Shown: one piece after another, positions 19,735-29,491 of the stretch | Layout: each line of letters starts with the position of its first letter | Position numbering within the stretch: the first letter of the stretch is position 1 | Assembly: GCA_040902895.1 (NCBI GenBank) | Contig: JBBDWL010000062.1 | Span: 74,894 to 138,893 of the forward strand | DNA: 64,000 nucleotides | Origin: Vicinamibacterales bacterium | Lineage (GTDB): Bacteria > Acidobacteriota > Vicinamibacteria > Vicinamibacterales > SCN-69-37 | Direction of reading: 5' to 3' | Made by a program: the position numbers and the translations under genes | Notes under the pieces: generated by a model | Database searches by the model: none | Told to the model about the DNA's origin: nothing | What the model saw: the letters and a program-made list of their open reading frames with translations, nothing else

Positions 19735-21249
19735 ATGCCGCCCGTGCAGGGCGATGCCGGCCTCGCGTTCAGGGATCTCCACAAATCGTTCGGCGCCGCG
19801 CGGGCGCTCAGAGCGGTGTCGTTTCATGTCGCGGAGGGCGAAACGCACGCCATCGTCGGCGAGAACGGCGCCGGCAAGTCGACCCTCCTGAAGATTCTGG
19901 CCGGACTCGTCAAAGCCGACGAGGGGCGGATCATCTGGAACGGCGAGCCGCTGCACGCCGGCAGCCCGCGCGAGGCGCTCGAGCGCGGCATCGGCATGGT
20001 CTATCAGGAGATGCTCGCGTTTCCGAACCTGAGCGTCGCCGCCAATATCTTCGCGGGCCGCGAGATCACCGGCCCGGCCGGCTGGCTGCGCGGCGCCGAG
20101 ATGCGATCCCGCACGCGCGCCCTTCTCGACGAGCTGCACCTCGCGATCGATCCCGCCGCGCTCGCCGAATCGTTGCCGGCCGCGCATCGCCAGTTGCTGC
20201 AGGTGGCGCGCGCGCTCGCCTTCGACTGCCGCATCCTCGTACTCGATGAGCCGACGACGGCGCTGACCGATGCGGAGACAGATCATCTCTTTGCGGTCAT
20301 CCGGAAATTGAAGCAGAGGGGCGTGACGATCCTGTACGTCTCGCATCGGCTGCCGGAGGTGTTCCGGCTCTGTGATCGCATTACCGTGCTGCGCGACGGC
20401 CAGTTCGTGGAAACGCTCGACCGGGCGACGGCCACGCACGATCGCGTCGTGCGCGCGATGGTCGGCCGCGACCTTCCCCATCGGGCAGACGATGCGGGCG
20501 CGCCGGCGTATGCGAAGACGGCGCTCGAGGTGCGCGGCCTGTCGCGGCGGCCGTGCTTCCGTGACGTGTCGTTCTCGGTGAGAGCCGGCGAGATTGTGGC
20601 ACTCTTCGGTCTGGTGGGATCCGGACGCTCGGAGCTGATCGAGACTATCTTCGGCCTGTTTGCGGCGCAGGCCGGGTCAATCCTGATTGAAGGCAAGGCC
20701 GTCCACCTGCGATCGGCGTGTGACGCGGCGCGTGCCGGACTCGCACTTGTGCCAGAAGAGCGCCAGCGTCAAGGGCTCTTCTTCAACCTCGCTCTGCGCC
20801 ACAACCTGCTCATCCCGCTGCGCCAGATGTCGAAGACGCGGCTCATTCGTCCGGCGGCGGACTGGGCCGAGGCCACGCATCTGATCGATGCCTGGCGCAT
20901 CAAAGCGTCGGGGCCCGACGCGCTGCCCGACAGTCTGAGCGGCGGCAACCAGCAGAAAGTCGTGCTGGCCAAGTGGCTTGCCACGCGCCCGGCCGTCCTC
21001 ATGCTCGACGAACCAACGAAAGGCGTGGATGTCGGCGCGAAGTTCGAGATTCATCACATCATCCGCCGCGAAGCGGCAGCCGGCACAGCCTGTCTTGTCG
21101 TCTCGAGCGATCTGCCCGAGGTGCTCTCGCTCGCGCACCGCGTGATCGTCATGCGCGAAGGCCGCGTGCAGGGTGAGCTCCAAGGCGCCGAGGCGACCGA
21201 AGAAGCCGTGATGCACCTCGCGACCACAGACCTGAAGGCGGCGTCGTGA
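19735..21249 (+). CDS. Monosaccharide ABC transporter ATP-binding protein (RbsA/XylG type, two NBDs)
   Basis: GENGAGKST, LVLDEPT, LSGGNQQK, LDEPTKGVDVGAK. Confidence 0.95.
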   Translation: MPPVQGDAGLAFRDLHKSFGAARALRAVSFHVAEGETHAIVGENGAGKSTLLKILAGLVKADEGRIIWNGEPLHAGSPREALERGIGMVYQEMLAFPNLSVAANIFAGREITGPAGWLRGAEMRSRTRALLDELHLAIDPAALAESLPAAHRQLLQVARALAFDCRILVLDEPTTALTDAETDHLFAVIRKLKQRGVTILYVSHRLPEVFRLCDRITVLRDGQFVETLDRATATHDRVVRAMVGRDLPHRADDAGAPAYAKTALEVRGLSRRPCFRDVSFSVRAGEIVALFGLVGSGRSELIETIFGLFAAQAGSILIEGKAVHLRSACDAARAGLALVPEERQRQGLFFNLALRHNLLIPLRQMSKTRLIRPAADWAEATHLIDAWRIKASGPDALPDSLSGGNQQKVVLAKWLATRPAVLMLDEPTKGVDVGAKFEIHHIIRREAAAGTACLVVSSDLPEVLSLAHRVIVMREGRVQGELQGAEATEEAVMHLATTDLKAAS

Positions 21250-22214
21250 CGAGGACGAGGCGCGCCTGGCATGTCCGCGAGCTGAGCACGATCGTCATCC
21301 TGCTCGTGGAGATCGCGTTCTTCGGCTGGTACCTGTGGCCCGAGGCCGGCCGCGCGCATCCGTTTCTCAACGGCGAAAACGCGGTGCTGATCCTGAAGTA
21401 CTCGTCGATTTACGGCATTGCCGCGATCGGTGCGGCCATCGTGATCATTTCGGGCGGCATCGATCTCGCGCCCGGCGCGATCATCGCGCTTGCAGGTGTG
21501 GTCTGCGGCGGCCTGTTCGTTGAGGCAGGCTGGGGTCTGGGGCCGAGCATCCTCGCCGCGCTGGCCGTGGGAACCTTGTCGGGTCTCCTCAGCGCGCTGT
21601 TGATTGTCGCCGTGAAGCTGCCGCCGTTCATCGCAACGCTGGGCGTGATGGGCATCACGCGCGGGCTCGCCTTCATCATCACGGAAGGCCGATACTACGA
21701 CGTGTCGGGACGCCTGGTCGGCGGCTGGCGGCCGTTCGGCCTGCCGCAGGACTGGGTGCCGCCCGTCATCATGATCGCGCTGGCGCTGTTCTTTCATCTG
21801 CTGATGACGCGGTTCAACTGGGGACGCGGCATCTTTTCGGTGGGCGGCAACGAAACGGCCGCCCTGTTCTCGGGAATCGCGGTCGGGCGCCTGAAGACGT
21901 CGGTCTATGTCCTGAGCGGCGTGCTGGCGGCAGCGGCCGGCGTCGTCCTGACCTTCGTGCAGGGCCAGGGGAAAGCGGACCTTGCCACCGGTTATGAGCT
22001 CGACATCATCGCGTCGGCCGTCGTGGGCGGCGCCAGTCTCTCAGGCGGGCGCGGCTCGGTGCTCGGCGCAGTGCTGGGCACGCTCATCTTCGGCGTGCTG
22101 CGCAACGCGCTGCCGCAGATTCCAGGCGCGACGTTCTATGATCGGCTCATCGTCGGCGCCGTCGTCATCGTCATTGTCGTCATGGACCAACTGTTACTCA
22201 AGAGGGGTGAATGA
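21246..22214 (+). CDS. Monosaccharide ABC transporter permease (RbsC type)
   Basis: IISGGIDL, PPFIATLG, GGNETAALFSGI, YELDIIASAVVGGASLSGGRG. Confidence 0.93.
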   Translation: MTRTRRAWHVRELSTIVILLVEIAFFGWYLWPEAGRAHPFLNGENAVLILKYSSIYGIAAIGAAIVIISGGIDLAPGAIIALAGVVCGGLFVEAGWGLGPSILAALAVGTLSGLLSALLIVAVKLPPFIATLGVMGITRGLAFIITEGRYYDVSGRLVGGWRPFGLPQDWVPPVIMIALALFFHLLMTRFNWGRGIFSVGGNETAALFSGIAVGRLKTSVYVLSGVLAAAAGVVLTFVQGQGKADLATGYELDIIASAVVGGASLSGGRGSVLGAVLGTLIFGVLRNALPQIPGATFYDRLIVGAVVIVIVVMDQLLLKRGE

Positions 22215-23189
22215 ATGATTCGCAGCGGTAGATTGACGATTGTTGCTCTCGCGGCCGTGGCCGCGCTCTCGGCCTGCCGCGGCGATGAACCGGCCGGCAC
22301 GGGCACGCCGGCGCAGCCGAAGCTGCGCTTCGCGATCATTCCCAAGGCGCTCGACATCCCGGTGTTCAACTACGCGAAGATTGGCGCGGAGCGCGCGGCA
22401 GCCGAACTGGGCAATGTCGAGATTCTCTGGAATGCGCCGGCGACGGCCGATCAACTGAAGCAGAAGGAGATTCTCGAGTCGTACATCACGCAGCGCGTGG
22501 ACGGGATCGCGATCTCGGCGCTCAATGGCGACTTCCTCACCGAGACGATCAACCGCGCGATCGATGCCGGCATCCCGGTGACCACATGGGATTCAGACGC
22601 ACCGGCCTCGAGGCGCATCGCGTTCTACGGCGTCGACGATTTCCGGTCGGGCCAGATCCTCGGCGAAGAAACGATCAAGCTGCTCGACGGCAAGGGCAAG
22701 GTTGCGATCATCACCAGTGTGGGCGCGTCGAATCTGCAGCGCCGGCTCGAGGGCGTGCGTGACGTGCTTGCGAAGGCCCCCGGCATTCAGATTGTGGAGG
22801 TCTACGACATCAAGGAAGACAGCGTGCGCGCGGCCGAGATCATCTCCACGGGGACGCGCCGGTATCCGGATCTCGGCGCGTGGGTGTCGGTGGGCGGATG
22901 GCCGGTCTTCACGCGCAACGCGCTCGATGCCGTCAACCCCGCGAGGACCAAGGTCATTTCGTTCGACACGGTGAATCCGGCGCTCGATCTGATGCGCGCG
23001 GGCAAGGTGCAGGTGCTGCTGGGGCAGAAATACTTCGGGTGGGGCGCTGAATCAGTGAAGCTGCTGCACGCGATCAAGAACGGCAACCGTCCGCCCAACG
23101 CGATCATCGACTCGGGCGTGGATGTCGTCACGCCGGCCAACGTCGAGCAGTACGCCGAGCAGTGGAAGAAGATGGAGAGCGGTAGGTAG
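22215..23189 (+). CDS. Sugar ABC substrate-binding lipoprotein (RbsB type)
   Basis: Lipobox LSAC, VDGIAIS, GIPVTTWDSD, LLGQKYFGWG. Confidence 0.92.
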   Translation: MIRSGRLTIVALAAVAALSACRGDEPAGTGTPAQPKLRFAIIPKALDIPVFNYAKIGAERAAAELGNVEILWNAPATADQLKQKEILESYITQRVDGIAISALNGDFLTETINRAIDAGIPVTTWDSDAPASRRIAFYGVDDFRSGQILGEETIKLLDGKGKVAIITSVGASNLQRRLEGVRDVLAKAPGIQIVEVYDIKEDSVRAAEIISTGTRRYPDLGAWVSVGGWPVFTRNALDAVNPARTKVISFDTVNPALDLMRAGKVQVLLGQKYFGWGAESVKLLHAIKNGNRPPNAIIDSGVDVVTPANVEQYAEQWKKMESGR

Positions 23190-23211
23190 GATAATCCCTT
23201 GAGGCGGTGCC

Positions 23212-25599
23212 GTGTCGCTCATCCGTGACATTGTTTATGCAGCGCGACTCTTTGCACGGCATAGAGTCGCGCTTGCAACCGCCCTAATCAGTCTGTCGAT
23301 CGCGCTCGGCTTTTGTACGGCCACCGTTGCGGTCGCTAATGCTTGGTTCTATCCCCGCCTAGGCGTTGCTGAGCCGACCTCACTCGCATGGGTGTCGGCG
23401 GCCCTTGAGTCGTCGGATGGCCTTCAACACGTATTTCCATATGCAGGTTTCGAGGCATTGCGCGCCGGCGTGCCTGACAAGGTTGCTGCCTTCGTGCCCG
23501 CGAGGGGCAGTCTACGGACTGACGACGGACTTGAAAAAGACGATGTTGCATTGGCTTTCGTCAGCGACCAGTTCTTCGATCTACTTGGAGCCCGACCCCT
23601 GCTAGGGCAGCTGCCAAGCAAGCCGGCTGCAGCCAACGACATCTACTCGGCGGTGCTGAGCCATGACGTGTGGTCCCGACTCTTCAACGGAGCGCCAGAC
23701 GTTGTCGGCAAGACGATCTGGGTTCGTGGAAAAGAATTCGTCGTGATCGGCGTCACTGGGCCCGCATTCGCCGGCCCGTCTCGCCTGCATCGTCCGGCAG
23801 TTTGGCTGTCGACCGCGGCGTTACCGCGACAAGTCGGGGCTGTGTTTCCCCAGATCTTGGTACGGCTGGAGACCGCCGGAGATAAGGCAAGGTTCCGGGA
23901 CCAGGCAGCGCGAAGCCTTGAGAGCGTGCGGCCGTTTTCGTCTCAGCCAGCAGGAACAATCAGAGTCGATGTGCGTGGAATCTTGGTGCCGACTGTGGAC
24001 CGGCGTGCCACGTCCGCGATGCCCGCCGTGTGGGCGCTGACTGCTGCGATGATGGTGGTCGCCATAGTTAATCTAGCAGGCTTTCTGGTTACGGTAGCAG
24101 CAAGTCGCCAACGCGAGATCGGGGTTCGCCTTGCCATCGGCGCGAGGAGAACGATGGTGTTCCGCCAGCTTGTCACCGAGAGTCTGTTGGTCAGCGCAAT
24201 CGGGGGGCTGCTCGGCTATCTCGCATCGCAGCTGTTCATACCTGTTTTTGAGTGGATGATCGATATTCCGTTAGGCGTCTCTCTGACTCCTGACATTCGT
24301 ACCTACAGCTTCTTGGTCGTTATTAGCTTGGCAGCAGCGATTCTGGCGGGGCTGGCGCCGATCAGGTACGCCTCCCGAGTGAAAATATCCGCCGCTTTGA
24401 ACGGCGACATCAGCTCTGTCCATCATTTTGCCCGGCCGGATCGTGCGCGTTCGGCTTTCGTTGGGCTTCAAGTCGCGATTTCAGTTGTCACAATCGTGTT
24501 GTCGACGCTTTGGACGCGAGGTGCAGAAAGAACGAGAGAAGCGGAGATCGGGTTCGATGCCCAACGCCTACTGGTCCTGAGAGGGCGACTAGTTGGCGGA
24601 ACCTGGAGCAATTCGGACGCTGATGGTTACTGGAAACAGGCGTCCACCCGGATTCAGGAAGTGCCTGATGTAGATGGAATTGCGCTTGCCCAGTACGTGT
24701 TTGGGGGTGGGTTTGAACGACAAAAGGTCCGCCTGCCGTCAGGAGCAAATTTGGTTCTCGCGAAGAATAGAACTTCGAGCAGCTACTTTCGTACTGCGCG
24801 GATACCGGTTCTCGCGGGACGAATCTACTCGGACCTTGATGCGGAAACTGGCGCTTCGGTCGTTGTCGTATCAGCCAAGGCAGCGAAGGAGATCTGGGGA
24901 AGTCCAGAGCGGGCGTTAGGAGCGACGCTTTCTCTGGTTGACAAGTCAGAGAAGCCCGCGGTCGTCATCGGAGTCGTTGACGACGTCGTGAGTACTAGTC
25001 TTCTGGAACTCTCGGCGCCCGTCGGGGTTGTGTACCGCCCGCTTTCCAATGAACTCTTGGCTGATGCCGCGATGATCATTCATGTGGAGCAACACTCGAA
25101 CGAGATGAAGCAAAGAATTGAAGCGGCCCTTCCAACATTCGATCCCCAGCGGACACCTCGGGTTATGCAATTGGGGAATGTGGTTTCGCAACAAGTCCGG
25201 CTAAGTCAGGTGCCCTCAAGAGTCGCGAGATTCGCCGCGACAGTTGTCCTAATACTGTCGATCGTTGGGCTTCACGGTCTGGTTAACCTGACCGTGCATC
25301 AGAAGGTCAGGGACATCGCGGTACGTGCCGCTCTAGGTGCAGACTCGATGGCCATCGTTCGATACGCCGCCTCTAGCGCCCTGAAGCCAGTTATCTGGGG
25401 TCTCGGTGCAGGCGTTATCGGCGCATTTGTCGCAGTGCAAATGACCACGGCATTGCTCTTCGGTGTGCCCGAAATCGATCCACAATCACTGATTTTAAGC
25501 GGAGGCCTATTGCTATTGGCTGGCCTGATTGGAATAGCGGCGCCGACGATCCGGGCCGTTCGCATCCAGCCAGCTGCGATTCTGAAGAGCTCCACTTGA
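23212..25599 (+). CDS. ADOP-type duplicated MacB/FtsX permease, no prefix domain, divergent and lower GC
   Basis: RDIVYAAR..., two FtsX modules (RQREIGVRLAIGA and RDIAVRAALGA), C-terminal RAVRIQPAAILK. Many A/T-ending codons. Confidence 0.85.
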   Translation: MSLIRDIVYAARLFARHRVALATALISLSIALGFCTATVAVANAWFYPRLGVAEPTSLAWVSAALESSDGLQHVFPYAGFEALRAGVPDKVAAFVPARGSLRTDDGLEKDDVALAFVSDQFFDLLGARPLLGQLPSKPAAANDIYSAVLSHDVWSRLFNGAPDVVGKTIWVRGKEFVVIGVTGPAFAGPSRLHRPAVWLSTAALPRQVGAVFPQILVRLETAGDKARFRDQAARSLESVRPFSSQPAGTIRVDVRGILVPTVDRRATSAMPAVWALTAAMMVVAIVNLAGFLVTVAASRQREIGVRLAIGARRTMVFRQLVTESLLVSAIGGLLGYLASQLFIPVFEWMIDIPLGVSLTPDIRTYSFLVVISLAAAILAGLAPIRYASRVKISAALNGDISSVHHFARPDRARSAFVGLQVAISVVTIVLSTLWTRGAERTREAEIGFDAQRLLVLRGRLVGGTWSNSDADGYWKQASTRIQEVPDVDGIALAQYVFGGGFERQKVRLPSGANLVLAKNRTSSSYFRTARIPVLAGRIYSDLDAETGASVVVVSAKAAKEIWGSPERALGATLSLVDKSEKPAVVIGVVDDVVSTSLLELSAPVGVVYRPLSNELLADAAMIIHVEQHSNEMKQRIEAALPTFDPQRTPRVMQLGNVVSQQVRLSQVPSRVARFAATVVLILSIVGLHGLVNLTVHQKVRDIAVRAALGADSMAIVRYAASSALKPVIWGLGAGVIGAFVAVQMTTALLFGVPEIDPQSLILSGGLLLLAGLIGIAAPTIRAVRIQPAAILKSST

Positions 25600-25622
25600 G
25601 ACGAGTATCGGGCCGGCAAAAA

Positions 25623-25656
25623 CAATCCGGCGCGCGCACAAGCGCGCCACGGATTG
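25623..25656. terminator. Hairpin between convergent genes
   Basis: CAATCC-GGCGCGC...GCGCGCC-AC-GGATTG. A short T-run (TTTTT) follows on the - strand. Confidence 0.5.
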
Positions 25657-25671
25657 CCGCCGATTGCAGGC

Positions 25672-26328
25672 CTAATGCACACGCACGCGCTCGACGCCGT
25701 CGAGCAGCGTGTAGGTGGCATCGAGCGCCGTCGTGACGGCCGCGTCGATCTCGGCGGCGCAGCCGTCGCCGTGCCGCGCGATCATGGCCGCTTCGCCGGC
25801 GCTGTGCTCGACGTCGAGCGTCTCGTGCACCTCGAAGTAACCGTGGCCCTCGGTCACCTTGTACAGATCGCGCAGGCCTTCGCGCTTGGTCTTCATCACT
25901 TCGGGCTGCTGCGACTCGTACGCGTAGAGTGCGGCCAGACTTGCCGCCGCCGGCATCTCTCGTGACACCCGCCGCATCGCCGCAATGGCCTGCGCCGTTT
26001 CGGGCAGCAGCTCCACGTTCTTCACGGCGTCGCGGTCGAGACCGACCGCGTCACAGAAACGCAGCCACAGCTCCGGATGGTTATCGGCACCCTGCTCCTC
26101 GTCGATCAGATTCGCGAGGATGTCCTGGCGCATCGCGAGATCGCCGGCATTGGCGTGCGTGGCGCTGAGCCACGTCGGAAACGCCAGCACCCAGTGGTAG
26201 TACTGCGCGGCGTAGGTCTGCAGCGCCTCGCGCGACAGCTCGCCTTTCGACCAGGCGTTGTAGAACGGGTGATCGAGCAGGCGGCGCGTGGCAATCTGCG
26301 CGTGGATGCGAGTGACGATCTCTGACAT
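25672..26328 (-). CDS. CADD/PqqC-like heme-oxygenase-fold dimetal protein (putative self-sacrificing pABA synthase)
   Basis: LLDHPFYNAW, YAAQYY, NLIDEEQGADNHPELW, LYAYESQ, KREGL, YFEVHETLDVEH. GGAGG ribosome binding site. Confidence 0.85.
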   Translation of the reverse strand: MSEIVTRIHAQIATRRLLDHPFYNAWSKGELSREALQTYAAQYYHWVLAFPTWLSATHANAGDLAMRQDILANLIDEEQGADNHPELWLRFCDAVGLDRDAVKNVELLPETAQAIAAMRRVSREMPAAASLAALYAYESQQPEVMKTKREGLRDLYKVTEGHGYFEVHETLDVEHSAGEAAMIARHGDGCAAEIDAAVTTALDATYTLLDGVERVRVH

Positions 26329-26430
26329 TGTGGGCAAATCCTCCGTGCCGAAATCATACGACGAAACGCGGAGACCTCGGCAGAATCTTGCCTTCCGGCA
26401 TGCGCCTAACTTTATTCGCTCCACCCTCGT

Positions 26431-26466
26431 CTGATATAGAACTACTATATCGGAGCCCTATATCAA
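26431..26466. promoter_or_regulatory. Putative PadR operator (class A)
   Basis: CTGATATAG-AACTA-CTATATCGG inverted repeat, plus an extra half-site CTATATCAA abutting the ATG. Confidence 0.7.
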
Positions 26467-26795
26467 TGCCTGAACGATCCACCGAGCTGCTGAAAGGCAC
26501 GCTCGATCTGCTGATTCTGAGAACACTCGAGCTCGCGCCTCGGCATGGCGCCGCCATCGCCGAGCGCATTGCGCAGACCACGCGCGGTACGTTCCAAATC
26601 AAGGCCGGCTCCCTGTTCCCCGCACTCCATCGCCTGGAACAGGAAGGCTGGATTGAAGGCGCGTGGGAAGTGTCGGCGGATGGCCGGCGCGTGAAGTCGT
26701 ACACGCTCACGCGGTCGGGCCGCAAACAGCTCCAGGCCGAGAAGGCCACGTGGGGACGCATCGCCGCCGCGATGGCGCAGGTCCTGGAAAGCTGA
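26466..26795 (+). CDS. PadR regulator, acidobacterial type (class A: LLxGTLDLLIL)
   Basis: ELLKGTLDLLILRTL, HG..IAERI, GSLFPALHRLEQEGWI, YTLTRSGRKQL. Confidence 0.93.
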   Translation: MPERSTELLKGTLDLLILRTLELAPRHGAAIAERIAQTTRGTFQIKAGSLFPALHRLEQEGWIEGAWEVSADGRRVKSYTLTRSGRKQLQAEKATWGRIAAAMAQVLES

Positions 26796-29443
26796 TGGCG
26801 CGCCGTCTGCTCCGCCGCCTCTCGAGTTTCCTGCGGACGTTCGTTCGCGGGCTCCAGCTCGATCGCGAGCTCGATGATGAATTGCGCGCCTATCTCGACC
26901 ACGAGATCGCGCGGCGCGTGGCCGCCGGTTCGAGTGCGGCTGAGGCGCGGAGGCTCGTGCTGGCCGAGGAAGGCGGCATCGAGCCGATCAAGGAACGCAC
27001 GCGCGCGGTCCGCTTTGGCTTCGGGCTCGCGACGGTACTTCAGGATTTGCGCTACGGCGCGCGCTCCATGGCACGTTCGCCGGGCTTCGCGCTGGTGGCA
27101 TGCCTCACGCTGGCTCTGGGGATTGGCGCGAACGTCGCTATGTTCACCGTCATGCGCTCGGTGCTCTGGCGCCCGCTGCCCTATGCGGACGGCGAGCGGC
27201 TGGTCATTCTCGACTCCACCTGGCGCGGTCTGCCGCACGCCGGCCTCTCGCCCCGCGAAATCTCCGACTTGAGGCGCGACAGCCGCACGCTCTCGCATCT
27301 CGCCGTCGTCAACGGTGTGGGCGCGCACGTCGAGATCGACGGCGAAGTCGAGTTCGTCCCGGCGGCGAGCGTCAGCGCCGATCTGTTGCCGTCGCTCGGG
27401 GCCAGGCCCGCGCACGGCCGTCTGTTCGACGCGCGCGACGACTCGCTGCACCCGGACGGCCAGGTGCGCAGCGTGATCTTCAGCGACGCGCTGTGGCGGC
27501 AACGGCTCGGCGCCGATCCCGGCGCGATCGGGCGGTGGATCACCGTCAACAACACGCCGCGTCAACTGATCGGCGTGCTTCCGGCCGACTTCCAGGTGTT
27601 TCTGCCCGCGTCGACCAGTGTGCAGGAAGCGACGCACGTCTGGTTTCCGACGTCCATCAACCCGGCCGAGAACTTCAGAGGCAACGGCGCCATCGGACGC
27701 CTGCGCGCGGGCGTGACGCTCGACGATGCGCGGCGGGAGCTCGAGGTGTTTGCCGCGCGCTTCGCATCCGACCGGCCGGAAATCTATCGCGACGCGGCAG
27801 CAACCTTCCGCGTCGATGCTCTTCGGCAGGCGCTGGCAGCCGATATCGACGCGGGCCTGTGGATGCTCGGTGCGGCCGTAGCCTTCGTACTGCTGGTGAG
27901 CTGTGTGAACATCGCCAACCTGACCCTCGCAAGATCGTCTGGACGCGCGCGCGAGCTCGCGGTGCGCCGCGCGCTGGGCGCCACCCGTGTGCGGATCGTA
28001 CGTCAGCTCCTTACCGAGAGCCTGCTGCTCGCCGCGATTGGAGGCGCCGGAGGACTCGTGATCGGGCGCCTTGGCCTCCAACTGCTCGACTGGCTGCGAA
28101 CGACGGATTTGCCGCGCCAGTCGCAGGTCGGCCTTGACGGGCAGGTGACGTTGTTCTCGATCGGCATCACGCTCGCGGCCGGCGTGATCTGCGGCGTACT
28201 GCCGGCGTTCCGCTTCGCCGCAGGCGACGCGCAGGCCCTCAAGGCCGGGCGAGCCGATTCCCCGGCGCGCGGACAACGGCGTCTGCAGCGCGGGCTCGTG
28301 ATCGCGGAGATCGCGCTGTCAATCGTCCCGCTGGTTGCCGCAGGTCTCATGGTGCGCTCGTTCGTCAATCTCACTCAGGCGCCCCTCGGCTTCAGGCCGG
28401 ACGGTATCGTCACCGCCTGGATGCCGCTGAGTTTTCGCCAGTTTAGCGATGTCGACGCACGCGTCCGCGTGCACGCCGCCGTGCTCGATCGGATCCGTGA
28501 GCTGCCGGGCGTTCATGACGTCAGCGCCGCGAGCCCGCCGCCATTCCACGATTTTCAGGTTCAGATGCTTGAACGTTATGGCCGCGCCGGCGACACAGGT
28601 CCCGGATCGCATGCCACGCGGCAGAGCGCGCTGCCCGGATACCTGCGTGTCGTGGGCACGCGGCTCGTGGCGGGCCGCGAGTTCACGGACGATGACCTGC
28701 GGCACAAGCGACAAGTCGTCATCATCGACGAGCGGATCGCGCGGGAGTTGTGGCCGTCGGGGGCGATTGGCCAGCAGATGTGGGTCGGAGCCGGCAGGCG
28801 CGCGAGCCCGCTCGAAGTGATCGGCGTGACCGAGCCTGTGCGCGTGGCGAATATCGGGGACGATTCGACGCCGCATTTGTTCGTCCCGTATCACAAGTTC
28901 ACCATCGACATGGTCCTCGCCATCAGGACCGACACGCCGGCTGAGGCACTCGCGCCCGTGCTGAAGCGCATTGCCGCCGAAGCGGGAACGAGCCGCGCGG
29001 TAATGGATGTCTGGCCGCTTCGCGACTATGTGGACAAGTCGATGGCCGACACGCGCTTCATGATGCTCGTGCTCACTGCTTTCGCCGGCCTGTCCATGCT
29101 TTTGGCGGCAATCGGTCTCTACGGCACGCTGTCGTACCTCACATCGCAGCGCTCGCGCGAATTCGGTGTGCGCCTCGCCCTCGGCGCGAGCAGCCGGCAG
29201 ATTCTGCGTCTCGTGGCCGGAGAAGGCGTGGTGTTGACGGCGATTGGCGCAGCCGCGGGACTGGCAGGAGCCATCGCGGCGGCGCGCGCACTCAGAGGCC
29301 TCCTCTATGGCGTCGAGCCCCTCGATCCGGCAACGCTGGCCGCCGTGACGGCCGCGGTCGCGGTGCTCGCGGTCCTTGCGAGCCTCAAGCCGGCGTGGTC
29401 GGCGAGCAGAGTCGATCCAACGCGCGCGCTGCGGGCGGATTGA
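26795..29443 (+). CDS. ADOP duplicated permease with prefix-1-type N-terminus
   Basis: TGATG coupling to PadR. DRELDDELRAYLDHE, QDLRYGAR, TLALGIGAN, two FtsX modules. Confidence 0.92.
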   Translation: MARRLLRRLSSFLRTFVRGLQLDRELDDELRAYLDHEIARRVAAGSSAAEARRLVLAEEGGIEPIKERTRAVRFGFGLATVLQDLRYGARSMARSPGFALVACLTLALGIGANVAMFTVMRSVLWRPLPYADGERLVILDSTWRGLPHAGLSPREISDLRRDSRTLSHLAVVNGVGAHVEIDGEVEFVPAASVSADLLPSLGARPAHGRLFDARDDSLHPDGQVRSVIFSDALWRQRLGADPGAIGRWITVNNTPRQLIGVLPADFQVFLPASTSVQEATHVWFPTSINPAENFRGNGAIGRLRAGVTLDDARRELEVFAARFASDRPEIYRDAAATFRVDALRQALAADIDAGLWMLGAAVAFVLLVSCVNIANLTLARSSGRARELAVRRALGATRVRIVRQLLTESLLLAAIGGAGGLVIGRLGLQLLDWLRTTDLPRQSQVGLDGQVTLFSIGITLAAGVICGVLPAFRFAAGDAQALKAGRADSPARGQRRLQRGLVIAEIALSIVPLVAAGLMVRSFVNLTQAPLGFRPDGIVTAWMPLSFRQFSDVDARVRVHAAVLDRIRELPGVHDVSAASPPPFHDFQVQMLERYGRAGDTGPGSHATRQSALPGYLRVVGTRLVAGREFTDDDLRHKRQVVIIDERIARELWPSGAIGQQMWVGAGRRASPLEVIGVTEPVRVANIGDDSTPHLFVPYHKFTIDMVLAIRTDTPAEALAPVLKRIAAEAGTSRAVMDVWPLRDYVDKSMADTRFMMLVLTAFAGLSMLLAAIGLYGTLSYLTSQRSREFGVRLALGASSRQILRLVAGEGVVLTAIGAAAGLAGAIAAARALRGLLYGVEPLDPATLAAVTAAVAVLAVLASLKPAWSASRVDPTRALRAD

Positions 29444-29491
29444 AACGCGCGACGGACTTCAGTGCCGCGAGGGTGGGCACGTTGCTCGCTT

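Noticed and set aside
19672-20481. N-terminal extensions in the ORF track (galM to 20481, GH51 to 2732, GlcG from 49914, ADOP to 62849, VapC from 46674)
   Set aside because: They overlap other real genes. Downstream starts with RBS, -10 or stop/start coupling fit the families better.
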